Assembly (NCBI GenBank): GCA_039182865.1
Contig: JBCDBX010000002.1
Span: forward strand, 1,356-65,355
Source of the DNA: Pseudomonadota bacterium
Lineage (GTDB): Bacteria; Pseudomonadota; Gammaproteobacteria; UBA4575
Reading direction: 5' to 3'
Length of the DNA: 64,000 bases
Positions 19,133 to 29,641 of the stretch are shown here, piece by piece; positions within the stretch are counted from its first letter, which is position 1, and the number at the start of each line of letters is the position of its first letter. The position numbers and the translations under genes are program-made. The notes beneath the pieces were generated by a model. That model made no database searches, had not been told where the DNA came from, and was given only the letters and a program-made list of their open reading frames with translations.

Positions 19133-19378
19133 TTGCAAGTTTATTCATTAATTGTCATACTCGCGTCATTACTGATTACTGACCAGAGTATAGGTTTGGC
19201 CGATAAATCGCCTACAGACCCAGCACTTCTTCAAGTTAGGATTCCCAGGTCGCTACGCGACGAATTTATGCGCACCGTAAAGTTGGATGACGACAATGCC
19301 TCGAGGCTGGTTCGTCAGTGGATTCGTGAATATTTGCGTGACCGGGCTCAGACCGATTTATTTGAGGGTCAACAATGA
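19133..19378 (+). CDS. Ribbon-helix-helix (CopG/Arc/MetJ-like) DNA-binding protein. The true start is possibly the in-frame TTG at 19196.
   Basis: ...ALLQVRIPRSLRDEFMRTVKLDDDNASRLVRQWIREYL fits the beta-strand/helix A/helix B RHH architecture. Local GC is clearly above that of its neighbours. Confidence 0.5.
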   Translation: MQVYSLIVILASLLITDQSIGLADKSPTDPALLQVRIPRSLRDEFMRTVKLDDDNASRLVRQWIREYLRDRAQTDLFEGQQ

Positions 19379-19429
19379 AGTTGGTCATCCTTTTCCCTTC
19401 AACGACTTCAATAGCGGATTAATTCGTCA

Positions 19430-21958
19430 ATGGCTGCCAAAGTTTCATTAGTCAATATCGGCAAAGACTTGTGGTCATACCTGTGTCGACAGATTCCTCC
19501 ACCTGTTGCTTTGTCAAATTACACAACTGAGGGGCAATTATCAGACGTGCTGAAGTCAGGAAATTTAGATGCCGACATAATAGTCTTAGGACATCACATC
19601 GATGATCCTCTTAAAGTTGCAAACTGGGTTAAAGCTATTAATCCGTTTACGAAAATATTTGTATTACGCAGACCAAGCGACTACGAAGTGATGCGACGAG
19701 ATTTTGAAGCTTCTCCACATTTAGGTGAAGGCTTGTTCTTATGCTCCACAGCAGACATTAAACGTTTACCATCTGCACTTGCGAGCATACCTACTCAGTC
19801 TGCGAACGACACTAATATTAATATTACAGTGCCTAGCAGTAGCCAACACTCTAAAGACAACATTCCTGTGTTGCATAAAAAAGCTATTCTTAGCCAGGCG
19901 GAAGATATCGATGCCATTGATGAATTATTAAATAATGCAGATGTCGGCTTTATCTTGTTGGATAAAAATTTTACGATCACTCATGCTAATGAATTTATTT
20001 GTGATCTGCTTTCGATTGATAAGAAAGATTCTTTAGCCTTGCCGATAGAAGTCATACTTGGAAATGAACAACAGAACGCGTTAAAACAACTCATCCAAGA
20101 AATCAAAGGCGGCAAAGAGAAAACTTCTGGTCTGATTGCACTAATCCGAAAAGATAACGAAGAAACCTTATATCTGCGTTGCACTATCTCTCTGAATGAT
20201 CTGAAAAATCCTGACCTAGGATACGCTTTGACCTTACAAAATCAAAGTAGGCTGATGCATGTAGAAACCGAGCTGTCAGAAGAACAAACACGAAATAGAT
20301 TAACACTTGAGTTATTACAAGAAGGCGTTGTCATCACGGATCACAATCTCGAAATTGCTCATATGAATCCTGTTGCAGAAAGTTTAACGGGATGGCCAGC
20401 ATATGAGGCAAAAGGACATAAACTAGATGAAGTTATTCGTCTGATTGATTCAGAAAAACGAGAGCGTATGACTGTACCCGTTGAGTTTTGCTTGGAAGAA
20501 ACCCGCACCATGCAAATTTCTGAAAGTCTGCACATGATAAGCAATGACAATAAAGAGCATGCAATTGAACTAACCATTGCACCAAACTGTTTGCCTGATA
20601 GTAATACGAAAGGTGCAATAGTCATTATTAAAGACCTATCAGAAACACGACGTCTCGCCAATGAAATTCAACATCGCGCATCGCACGATACACTAACTGG
20701 CTTGCTAAATCGCCAAGAATTCGAATATCAACTTGAAAGATCTATTTCAAGTGCTGCTACTCACGATGTGCAACATGTCTTGTGTTACATCGACGTCAAT
20801 CAATTTAAAATTATTAATACACAAGCCGGACATACTGCAGGCGATTCAATCTTAAAAGATGTCGCACGAATCTTGCGCGCAAAAATTCGTAGCATTGATT
20901 ATATTGGGCGCCTAGGCGGTGACGAATTCGCTATATTATTAGTTAATCATTCATTAGAAAATGCTAGACGTACCGCTCAAAGCTTAACAGACGAATTTCA
21001 AAATCGACGCTTCACATGGGAAGGCCAAACTTTTGAATTGGGTTTGTGTACCGGAATAGTACCAGTCACTAAAGAGTCTCCAGAACCTGCACAAATGTTA
21101 ACGCGAGCGGAACTCGCATGTTTTTCTGCTAAGGAACGCGGACGCAATCAAGTACATGTATACCGCAATGATGACGATGAGCTTTCACGCAAACATGCAG
21201 AAATATTGCGTGCAGCAGGCATTACAGGCGCATTAGAAGAAGACCGTTTTAAACTCTACTGTCAGCCGATTGTTTCTTTATCGTTAGGTAATCGTTCAAC
21301 TAAGCATTACGAACTGTTACTTCGTTTAAGAGATCAGAATGGCAATATCATACTTCCCGGAAGTTTTATTCCCGCTGCAGAACGATATGGTTTAATGCCT
21401 AACCTCGACCGCTGGGTAATACATACTGCACTGCATTCATATGAAGAAACTTTTGGTGAAAAATCAGGTGTACACATCGCGGTTAACCTTTCTGGCAACT
21501 CGCTTAATGATGACAAGCTATTAGAATTCATCAAAAACGAACTCGATAGTTCAGGTATTAACCCACAAAAAGTTTGCTTTGAGATAACTGAAACGGCTGC
21601 CATAAATAATCTCACACAAGCAAGTCATCTGATTAAAGAGCTAAAAGCATTAGGTTGCTGTTTTGCGTTAGATGACTTTGGCAGTGGCCTGTCTTCATTT
21701 ACCTACTTAAAGAATTTACCTGTCGATTACTTAAAGATTGATGGAAGTTTTGTAACCGACATGTCAAACGACACAATAGACTATGCCATGGTAGATGCGA
21801 TTAATCAGCTTGGGCACGTCATGGGTATCGGCACAATCGCGGAATGTGCTGAAAGTGAAGAAGTAGTCGATCAGTTACGCAAATTAGGCGTCGATTTTGC
21901 TCAAGGCTATGCGATGGGCTCACCCATGCCAATGGATGGGTTAAAACTTTTACATTAA
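19430..21958 (+). CDS. Multidomain c-di-GMP signalling protein: N-terminal receiver-like/unknown domain, two PAS, GGDEF and EAL
   Basis: 842 aa. RLGGDEFAILL (intact GGDEF). EAL-domain motifs YELLLR, EITE, DDFGSG, KIDGSF. PAS-like segments between residues about 160 and 400. Confidence 0.9.
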   Translation: MAAKVSLVNIGKDLWSYLCRQIPPPVALSNYTTEGQLSDVLKSGNLDADIIVLGHHIDDPLKVANWVKAINPFTKIFVLRRPSDYEVMRRDFEASPHLGEGLFLCSTADIKRLPSALASIPTQSANDTNINITVPSSSQHSKDNIPVLHKKAILSQAEDIDAIDELLNNADVGFILLDKNFTITHANEFICDLLSIDKKDSLALPIEVILGNEQQNALKQLIQEIKGGKEKTSGLIALIRKDNEETLYLRCTISLNDLKNPDLGYALTLQNQSRLMHVETELSEEQTRNRLTLELLQEGVVITDHNLEIAHMNPVAESLTGWPAYEAKGHKLDEVIRLIDSEKRERMTVPVEFCLEETRTMQISESLHMISNDNKEHAIELTIAPNCLPDSNTKGAIVIIKDLSETRRLANEIQHRASHDTLTGLLNRQEFEYQLERSISSAATHDVQHVLCYIDVNQFKIINTQAGHTAGDSILKDVARILRAKIRSIDYIGRLGGDEFAILLVNHSLENARRTAQSLTDEFQNRRFTWEGQTFELGLCTGIVPVTKESPEPAQMLTRAELACFSAKERGRNQVHVYRNDDDELSRKHAEILRAAGITGALEEDRFKLYCQPIVSLSLGNRSTKHYELLLRLRDQNGNIILPGSFIPAAERYGLMPNLDRWVIHTALHSYEETFGEKSGVHIAVNLSGNSLNDDKLLEFIKNELDSSGINPQKVCFEITETAAINNLTQASHLIKELKALGCCFALDDFGSGLSSFTYLKNLPVDYLKIDGSFVTDMSNDTIDYAMVDAINQLGHVMGIGTIAECAESEEVVDQLRKLGVDFAQGYAMGSPMPMDGLKLLH

Positions 21959-21966
21959 GGGAAAAT

Positions 21967-23085
21967 ATGGCCGCGCAACCAGAACAAAAACAACTACATT
22001 TAAATGAACTTGAAGCGCTTAAACAGCGACTTGAAGACTTATACCATGATGCACGCACTAATGAAAAAGTACTTAAAAAGTTTCAACAACTTGAGCTCAA
22101 GTTGCTCAGCTGTAGTTCACTCTCTGAATTAATTCAGATTATCACTCATCATAGTCGCTCTACGTTTGGATGGGACTCACTCACCATCACATTGCATGAT
22201 AAAGATAATCAAATTTATAACCTGCTAAAAGAATGTGGTGAAGAGCCTGATCGTCAACAAGCCTTAATGCTAAGTGCTGATATATCAGACGTTCGTCAAT
22301 TATATGGAATGGTACGCAGACCTATCTTAGGTAATTTTGACCTGAATCAACATGGATCTTTATTTTCTGCAAAACATAAATACCCACGCAGCATTGCTCT
22401 ACTTCCTTTACAACGCAACAACTGTTTAATGGGTAGTCTCAATTTAGGAAGTAATAAAATTGATCGCTTTCAAAAAGGTAGTGCGACTGACTTTTTACAG
22501 CATTTAGCCGCGGTACTTGCTACTTGCTTACACACAGCAATCGCACATGAAAAATTAAAACAAGCGGGCTTAACAGACGCGTTAACAGGCATAAATAACC
22601 GTCGCTTTTTCGACCAGCGATTGGATGAAGAAATTGCACGTAACAAGCGCTTAGAAAGCAGCTTAAGTTGTTTGTTTATTGATATCGATCACTTCAAAGT
22701 GATTAATGACACATTTGGCCATGACATAGGTGACGCTGTACTGAAGAAAGTGGCTGAATTAATTCGTGCACAACTTCGCTCAATAGATGTAGTAGCTCGT
22801 TATGGTGGTGAGGAGTTTGCTGTTTTGCTCAGTCAAAGTGGACGTGATAAAGCAATTGAAGTGGCTGAACGTATACGTTCTATTACCTCAAGCACTAGTT
22901 TTAAAGAAAGAAAAGCGAAAGCAAACATTACTGTCTCTGTTGGAGTTTCTACAATCAACTTTGAAGAGCGATCAACAGAAGATCCAAAGCTTATAGGTAG
23001 ACGTTTATTACAACGCGCCGACAAAGCACTCTATCAAGCAAAGCAAGGCGGCAGAGATCAAGTGGTGTTTCTAGATAAAGATTAA
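21967..23085 (+). CDS. Diguanylate cyclase with N-terminal DUF484/GAF-like domain
   Basis: 372 aa. RYGGEEFAVLL active-site motif. RxxD I-site-like RFFD upstream. The coiled-coil N-terminus is typical of DUF484. Confidence 0.85.
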   Translation: MAAQPEQKQLHLNELEALKQRLEDLYHDARTNEKVLKKFQQLELKLLSCSSLSELIQIITHHSRSTFGWDSLTITLHDKDNQIYNLLKECGEEPDRQQALMLSADISDVRQLYGMVRRPILGNFDLNQHGSLFSAKHKYPRSIALLPLQRNNCLMGSLNLGSNKIDRFQKGSATDFLQHLAAVLATCLHTAIAHEKLKQAGLTDALTGINNRRFFDQRLDEEIARNKRLESSLSCLFIDIDHFKVINDTFGHDIGDAVLKKVAELIRAQLRSIDVVARYGGEEFAVLLSQSGRDKAIEVAERIRSITSSTSFKERKAKANITVSVGVSTINFEERSTEDPKLIGRRLLQRADKALYQAKQGGRDQVVFLDKD

Positions 23086-23182
23086 GCTAATATTCCCATA
23101 CTTTTCCAATCCATCCAATCCAATAGACATTAAAGTATAGCTATGCTCAAATGGCCGCGTTAGATTCGCCGGAGCACAGTTA

Positions 23183-23638
23183 ATGCAGTCACTTAAAATA
23201 GTCTCAATTCTCTTAGCAACTATTATTTTAACTGCTTGTCTGCCAACAGAAGAGCAAAAAGCTCCCACCATGACTACTGAACAGATGGATATCATCTACA
23301 GCGATGCATTAGCTAGCCCAAAAGAATTTCAACAAGAAGTAAAAGAAACTTGCTCTCAGTTTAATGCATTACTTTTTGAAGTCGCGGAAACCGTGCGCAT
23401 GGGATCACGAATTTGGAATGCCGGCGGACAACCTATCACCATACGACTCTATGAGGGTGTTGCTTACCGAATATTGTATCAAGTAGGAGATGGCTGTCCT
23501 AAGTTAACAGCTGCCTTTGAATCCGGTCTACGTCGTGCATTTAATGCGGATAATATAGATATGCAGGGTCGTGCTTTACGTGAAACTCTCGACCTAATTA
23601 TGGGAGGCCCTCCTATTAAGCCACCAGGTGCTCAGTAA
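23183..23638 (+). CDS. Hypothetical lipoprotein
   Basis: Lipobox ILTAC. 151 aa. No recognised family. Confidence 0.5.
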   Translation: MQSLKIVSILLATIILTACLPTEEQKAPTMTTEQMDIIYSDALASPKEFQQEVKETCSQFNALLFEVAETVRMGSRIWNAGGQPITIRLYEGVAYRILYQVGDGCPKLTAAFESGLRRAFNADNIDMQGRALRETLDLIMGGPPIKPPGAQ

Positions 23639-23684
23639 AAACAACGTATTAACTACCGTGAGAATACTGATTCAATTTTAGTTC

Positions 23685-24416
23685 TTGTCCATTATGAAAG
23701 ACAAAATCTACAGCGAACCTCTCAATAATATTGAAGATTTTAAGTTTGATGAAAATGTTAGCAAGGCCTTTGATGACATGGTGGATCGCTCAGTTCCTGG
23801 TTATCGAACTCTAATTGCAAACCTTGGGCCCATCGCCGCAAATTTCATTCAAGAAAATACCAACTGTTATGACTTAGGTTGCTCGCATGGTGCCGCAGCA
23901 TTATCTATTTTTCATCATTTACCAATTGAAAACATTACGATACACGCTATTGATAATGCACCTGCCATGGTCAATCGTTGTGATGAACTGATCAAGCAAG
24001 CTAATGCAGAATCCGTTATTCATACTCATAATGCAGATATTATCGACATTACAATTGTAAACGCATCAATTGTACTCATGAATCTAACTTTACAATTTCT
24101 TCCTTTAGATCAACGCAGCGTAATTCTACAAAATATCTTCGACGGACTTGTTAAGGGGGGAGCATGTATTTTAACTGAAAAAATCATTATGCCTGACGAG
24201 AAAACTGAAGCATTATTCCAACAACTTCATACTAGCTTTAAATCTGCCAATAATTATAGCGACCTTGAAATAAGCCAAAAAAGAAAGTCACTAGAGAATG
24301 TTTTAATAAGCGAAACCTTAGAAATGCATACCATTCGCCTAAGAAGTTTTGGCTTTACAAGCATAGTTCCATGGTTCCAATGCTTTAATTTTTTATCTTT
24401 AATCGCGATAAAATGA
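23685..24416 (+). CDS. cmoA: Carboxy-S-adenosyl-L-methionine synthase
   Basis: Class I SAM-MTase fold motifs (YDLGCSHG). The adjacent cmoB supports the call. Confidence 0.85.
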   Translation: MSIMKDKIYSEPLNNIEDFKFDENVSKAFDDMVDRSVPGYRTLIANLGPIAANFIQENTNCYDLGCSHGAAALSIFHHLPIENITIHAIDNAPAMVNRCDELIKQANAESVIHTHNADIIDITIVNASIVLMNLTLQFLPLDQRSVILQNIFDGLVKGGACILTEKIIMPDEKTEALFQQLHTSFKSANNYSDLEISQKRKSLENVLISETLEMHTIRLRSFGFTSIVPWFQCFNFLSLIAIK

Positions 24417-25384
24417 ATGTTCAACATTTTGAACATCTTTTTGCAGTTCACCCTGAATGGCAAAAATACATTCAGCCTCAACTCGAAAATGTTTTCTTAA
24501 AGCCCAGTCATGGACATTTCCCAAAATGGAAAGCCAGCGCTGAATCACTCTCACATTTAAGCACGTCTGAATTCGACTTCTCAAAGTCAGTCCTAGAAAT
24601 TGGAAATTCAATAGAACTATCTAATGAACTATTAGATGAAACTGAGCATTTCTTGAAGACATTACATCCTTGGCGTAAAGGACCTTTTAATTTTTTTGGT
24701 ATTTACATCAATTCAGAATGGCGATGTGATATGAAGTGGGAACGGATACAAGCTCACATTAAAGATCTCTCCAACAAAAAGGTACTCGATGTTGGCTGCG
24801 GAAATGGCTACTACATGTTACGCATGTTAGGTGCTGGTGCTAAAACTGTTATTGGCGTCGATCCCACATTAATCTTTGTTGCTCAATATTATGCTTTGAC
24901 TCAATGTATAACGCCCAAAGTAAATGCTCATCTTTTGCCATTTTCATTTGAAGATCTAAATGAGGAAGTGAGTGATTTTGATTATGTTTTTTCGTTGGGT
25001 GTTTTATATCATCGACGCAAACCTCTAGAGCATTTACAACGCTTATTTGATTTTACAAAAACAGGAGGCACTGTATTTATTGAAACTTTAGTCTTAGATA
25101 CAAAAGAAATTACTGAGTTAATCCCCAAAGATCGCTATGCTGGTATGAGGAACATCTGGAGCGTTCCTAGTCCAAACCAAGTGTGTGAATGGTTGGAAAT
25201 TTGCGGTTACAAAGATATTCAGGTTCATAATATTCAAATAACTTCCATTCAAGAACAACGCGCAACTTCTTGGATGCAAAATCACTCATTAGCAAATTTT
25301 CTAGAGGATACGAATCAGAATAAGACGATAGAGGGTCACCCTGCGCCAACCCGCGCGATCATATCTGCTCACAAGCCAAGCTAA
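24413..25384 (+). CDS. cmoB: tRNA U34 carboxymethyltransferase
   Basis: VLDVGCGNGYYMLRMLGAGA SAM motif. 4-nt overlap with cmoA. Confidence 0.85.
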   Translation: MNVQHFEHLFAVHPEWQKYIQPQLENVFLKPSHGHFPKWKASAESLSHLSTSEFDFSKSVLEIGNSIELSNELLDETEHFLKTLHPWRKGPFNFFGIYINSEWRCDMKWERIQAHIKDLSNKKVLDVGCGNGYYMLRMLGAGAKTVIGVDPTLIFVAQYYALTQCITPKVNAHLLPFSFEDLNEEVSDFDYVFSLGVLYHRRKPLEHLQRLFDFTKTGGTVFIETLVLDTKEITELIPKDRYAGMRNIWSVPSPNQVCEWLEICGYKDIQVHNIQITSIQEQRATSWMQNHSLANFLEDTNQNKTIEGHPAPTRAIISAHKPS

Positions 25385-25813
<429 letters not shown>

Positions 25814-25827
25814 GGGAGAAGATCTTA

Positions 25828-27120
25828 ATGTTTAATAATTATAAAAAGACTTTATTTCTCAGCACATTTTTACTAGTTCCAAGCTTGGTATCAGCAGATG
25901 AATTAAGCGGAGGTGATACCGCCTGGATTCTAACCTCTACAGCACTTGTGTTATTTATGACGATTCCCGGCTTATCGTTATTTTATGCAGGATTAGTTAG
26001 AAGTAAGAATGCTCTATCTGTTTTGATGCAGTGCTTCACAATCACATGTGTCGCGTCTGTCATGTGGCTAATTCTTGGCTACAGCATGAGTTTTTCTAAC
26101 GGCGGCAGTATGAATGAGTGGATGGGAGGATTTAGCAACTTATTTTTATCCGAAGTCACACGTGAAGGCATGTCAGGAACAATACCTGAATCCATATTCG
26201 CAATGTTTCAAATGACCTTTGCCATTATCACACCTGCACTTGTCATTGGTGGTTTTGCTGAAAGAATGAAATTTTCTGCCATGATCTGGTTTACAATTTT
26301 GTGGTCAATAGTTGTCTACTACCCAGTATGTCATTGGGTTTGGGGAGGCGGATGGCTTGGCGATAAAGGTACACTAGATTTTGCGGGCGGTTTAGTTGTC
26401 CACATCACCGCAGGTGTGGGAGCTCTCGTTGCGGCCGTTGTTTTAGGTAAACGTAGCGGCTTTCCAGGTACGATGATGCCACCTCATAATATGACGATGA
26501 CGGTGACGGGCGCTGGAATGCTTTGGGTCGGTTGGTTTGGATTCAATGGCGGGAGTGCACTAGCCGCGAATGGGGATGCCGCGATGGCAATTCTTGTCAC
26601 TCATATCAGCGCTGCCATTGCTTCGCTGAGTTGGATGATCTGCGAGTGGATAAAATACGGAAAACCAAGTGTATTAGGTATTGTAACAGGTATGGTGGCA
26701 GGACTTGGCAGTATTACCCCAGCTTCAGGGTTTGTCGGTCCTATGGGAGCCATCGTGATAGGTTTAACAGCTGGTATTGTTTGCTTTACCGTCACTAACT
26801 ATATGAAACGTATTCTTCATATTGATGATTCACTCGATGTATTTCCAGTTCATGGTATTGGAGGTATCATCGGGACATTATTAGTTGCTGTATTTGTATC
26901 ATCTCAGTTTGGGGGCGCAGGTCTTGCTGAAGGTATGACAATTGGAAGTCAGTTTGTTGTTCAACTAACGGCTGTTGTTGCCACGATAGTTTGGACAATA
27001 ATTGCAAGTTTTATCATATTAAAAATTACCGACCTGATTTGTGGTAATCGTGTTAATGATGAAAACGAGCGTATTGGTCTGGACATCACACAACATGAAG
27101 AGAAAGGATACGACTTGTAA
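25828..27120 (+). CDS. amtB: Ammonium transporter
   Basis: 430 aa. Signal peptide. DFAGGLVVHITAG and other Amt signature segments. Confidence 0.9.
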   Translation: MFNNYKKTLFLSTFLLVPSLVSADELSGGDTAWILTSTALVLFMTIPGLSLFYAGLVRSKNALSVLMQCFTITCVASVMWLILGYSMSFSNGGSMNEWMGGFSNLFLSEVTREGMSGTIPESIFAMFQMTFAIITPALVIGGFAERMKFSAMIWFTILWSIVVYYPVCHWVWGGGWLGDKGTLDFAGGLVVHITAGVGALVAAVVLGKRSGFPGTMMPPHNMTMTVTGAGMLWVGWFGFNGGSALAANGDAAMAILVTHISAAIASLSWMICEWIKYGKPSVLGIVTGMVAGLGSITPASGFVGPMGAIVIGLTAGIVCFTVTNYMKRILHIDDSLDVFPVHGIGGIIGTLLVAVFVSSQFGGAGLAEGMTIGSQFVVQLTAVVATIVWTIIASFIILKITDLICGNRVNDENERIGLDITQHEEKGYDL

Positions 27121-27144
27121 TTAAATCTCACTCCTTCAAATAAT

Positions 27145-27176
27145 AAGGCTCACTTTTTATACGTGGGCCTTTTTTA
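27145..27176 (+). terminator. Rho-independent terminator after amtB (AAGGCTCAC ... GTGGGCCTT + TTTTTT)
   Basis: 9-bp stem with one G-U pair. The T-run begins in the 3' stem arm. Confidence 0.5.
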
Positions 27177-27230
27177 TGACCAATAGATTTTGAATACACT
27201 TATCATTTGATTTCAATTTATAATTAGAAT

Positions 27231-28502
27231 GTGAAAATCAATAAACTACAGGAATCGACCCCTAATCGTATCCCAATTTCTGAACACAAAATCGATGAAA
27301 GTTTGATCTGTGATCACGCACGCAAAATTATTCAAAAATTAACACAGGCAAACTATCAAGCTTATTTAGTCGGCGGCTGTGTACGCGACTTACTCCTTGG
27401 TAAGCACCCCAAAGATTTTGATGTCGCAACTAATGCCCACCCTGAAGAAATTTGTGACTTATTTGAATATAGTCGAATAATTGGTCGTCGTTTTCGTATT
27501 GTACATGTTTACCAGGAACGAAATTTCATAGAAGTCTCTACTTTTCGTGCACTTAAAAATCACCAACATAACGAAACCACGATATCAAATGGGCGAATTC
27601 TTCGTGACAATACCTTCGGTACTATTGAAGAAGATGCATTACGCCGTGATTTTACAATCAACTCAATGTACTACGATCTCTCCAAACAGGAAGTACTAGA
27701 CTTTTGTAATGGAATAGAAGATATCGATAAGAAAATAATTCGCATGATTGGCGATGATATTGAAATGCGCTACCACGAAGATCCGGTTCGCATCCTAAGA
27801 GCTTTAAGATTTCATGCGAAACTTGATCTGGAAATTGATTCAAGCACTGCCAAACCGATTCCATCCCTAAAATATTTGCTGACAGATATATCACCCTCTC
27901 GATTATTTGATGAAGCACTTAAATTTTTCCATAGCGGGCATGCAGTAAAATGTTTTCAAGTGCTTGAAAAATTTGATTTGATAAGTGTGCTATTTCCATT
28001 GACATATTCTGCTCATAAGCGTGACGAACAGTTAAATAATCTGATTTATGCTGCGCTGGAAAATACTGATAAACGGATTAAACACGGCAAACCTGTCAAC
28101 CCTGCTTTTATATTCTCCATACTATTATGGCAATCTTACCTTCATCGGCTTGAACAAAATCAAAAAGATGGTATTTCCTATTCGGAAGGAGCTTGGGATG
28201 CGGGCCGTAGCATTGTACTCGAGCAATCAAAGATTATTAATATACCTAAGCGTTTCTCAATTACAATTTGTGAAATCTGGAAACTGCAAAGACGCTTTTT
28301 AAAAAAGCATGGATTTAAAACTTTAAAGCTATTAGAACATCAACGATTTCGTGCCGCTTATGACTTTATGTGTTTGCGTGCTCAAGCGGGCGAATTAGAT
28401 GTATCCGAATGTGAATGGTGGACAAAAATTCAAGCAGCATCAGTCGAAGAACAGAAGCAAATGACACGATATAGACCAAAACGAGCAAAACAAAAATCAT
28501 GA
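27231..28502 (+). CDS. pcnB: Poly(A) polymerase I (GTG start)
   Basis: LVGGCVRDLLLGKHPKDFDVATNAHPEE...RRFRIVHV nucleotidyltransferase head domain. Lys/Arg-rich C-terminus. Confidence 0.85.
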   Translation: MKINKLQESTPNRIPISEHKIDESLICDHARKIIQKLTQANYQAYLVGGCVRDLLLGKHPKDFDVATNAHPEEICDLFEYSRIIGRRFRIVHVYQERNFIEVSTFRALKNHQHNETTISNGRILRDNTFGTIEEDALRRDFTINSMYYDLSKQEVLDFCNGIEDIDKKIIRMIGDDIEMRYHEDPVRILRALRFHAKLDLEIDSSTAKPIPSLKYLLTDISPSRLFDEALKFFHSGHAVKCFQVLEKFDLISVLFPLTYSAHKRDEQLNNLIYAALENTDKRIKHGKPVNPAFIFSILLWQSYLHRLEQNQKDGISYSEGAWDAGRSIVLEQSKIINIPKRFSITICEIWKLQRRFLKKHGFKTLKLLEHQRFRAAYDFMCLRAQAGELDVSECEWWTKIQAASVEEQKQMTRYRPKRAKQKS

Positions 28503-28984
28503 TAGATGCGTATATTGGATTAGGTAGCAACTTAGATAAGCCGTTGGCCCAAGTAAGCTCTGCATTTATACAACTTGATGAAATTAAACAAACCTCATTA
28601 TTTGATATCTCCAGTTTGTATTTAAGTCGCCCACTAGGTCCTAAAAATCAACCTCCCTATGTCAATGCTGTCGCTTGGATAAAAACCAAGCTCGATGCGC
28701 ATGAACTTTTAGAACAGTTACATACCATCGAGAACACCCATGGTCGCAAGCGTGATGGAGAAAGATGGGGAGCTCGCACTCTCGATCTAGATATATTGGT
28801 TTATGGTAATATTTGCATTAAAGATCAAGTGCTTACTATCCCGCATCCAGGTATAAAATCGCGCGAATTCGTCCTCTACCCATTGCACGAAGTGAATAAA
28901 AACCTCATGATTCCAAAAGTAGGACTGATTAGCCGTATCAAATCACGCTGTTACGTCAATGGAATGGCTCGACTAAATTTTTAA
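28499..28984 (+). CDS. folK: 2-amino-4-hydroxy-6-hydroxymethyldihydropteridine diphosphokinase
   Basis: 161 aa. AYIGLGSNL...RWGARTLDLDIL motifs. The conserved pcnB-folK linkage supports the call. Confidence 0.85.
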   Translation: MIDAYIGLGSNLDKPLAQVSSAFIQLDEIKQTSLFDISSLYLSRPLGPKNQPPYVNAVAWIKTKLDAHELLEQLHTIENTHGRKRDGERWGARTLDLDILVYGNICIKDQVLTIPHPGIKSREFVLYPLHEVNKNLMIPKVGLISRIKSRCYVNGMARLNF

Positions 28985-28986
28985 GC

Positions 28987-29637
28987 ATGCAAACTGCACT
29001 ACCTAATTACATTGTTATTGAAGGTCCCATCGGCGTTGGGAAGTCAAGCCTGGCACAACGCTTGGCTAAAGATTTTGAATCAGAGTTGGTCTTAGAGGAA
29101 ATTGATGAAAACCCTTTTCTTGAACAGTTTTACCAACGTCCAAGTGAAGCGGCTTTATCTACACAATTATTTTTCTTGATGCAACGCACCAAGCAAATTA
29201 AAACGCTAAAGCAAGGCAATATTTTTGCTCATTCAAAAGTAGCAGACTATTTAATCGAAAAAGATCAGCTATTTGCTCAAGTGACACTCACACCGACAGA
29301 ATACGATTTATATTTACAGGTATATGAGCATTTAATTATTGATGCGCCCAAACCAGATCTAGTCGTTTATCTGCAAGCACCGGTACCCACCTTATTAGAT
29401 CGTATAAAAAAACGTGGTCGGCATTATGAACGCTTTATGGAAGCTAATTATTTAGAACAATTGAATGAAGCCTATGCAGAATTTTTTTATCACTATCATC
29501 ATGCTCCCTTGTTAATCGTTAATGCGAGTGACATTGACTTTATTAATAATGATCGCGATTACGAACAACTAAAAACTCAAATTCTCAATACCACAAATGG
29601 ACGACATTATTTCAACCCTTTGCCATTTGTAAGTTAA
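28987..29637 (+). CDS. Deoxynucleoside kinase family protein
   Basis: IEGPIGVGKSSLAQRLA P-loop. ERS-type motif region. 216 aa. Confidence 0.7.
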   Translation: MQTALPNYIVIEGPIGVGKSSLAQRLAKDFESELVLEEIDENPFLEQFYQRPSEAALSTQLFFLMQRTKQIKTLKQGNIFAHSKVADYLIEKDQLFAQVTLTPTEYDLYLQVYEHLIIDAPKPDLVVYLQAPVPTLLDRIKKRGRHYERFMEANYLEQLNEAYAEFFYHYHHAPLLIVNASDIDFINNDRDYEQLKTQILNTTNGRHYFNPLPFVS

Positions 29638-29641
29638 CCTT

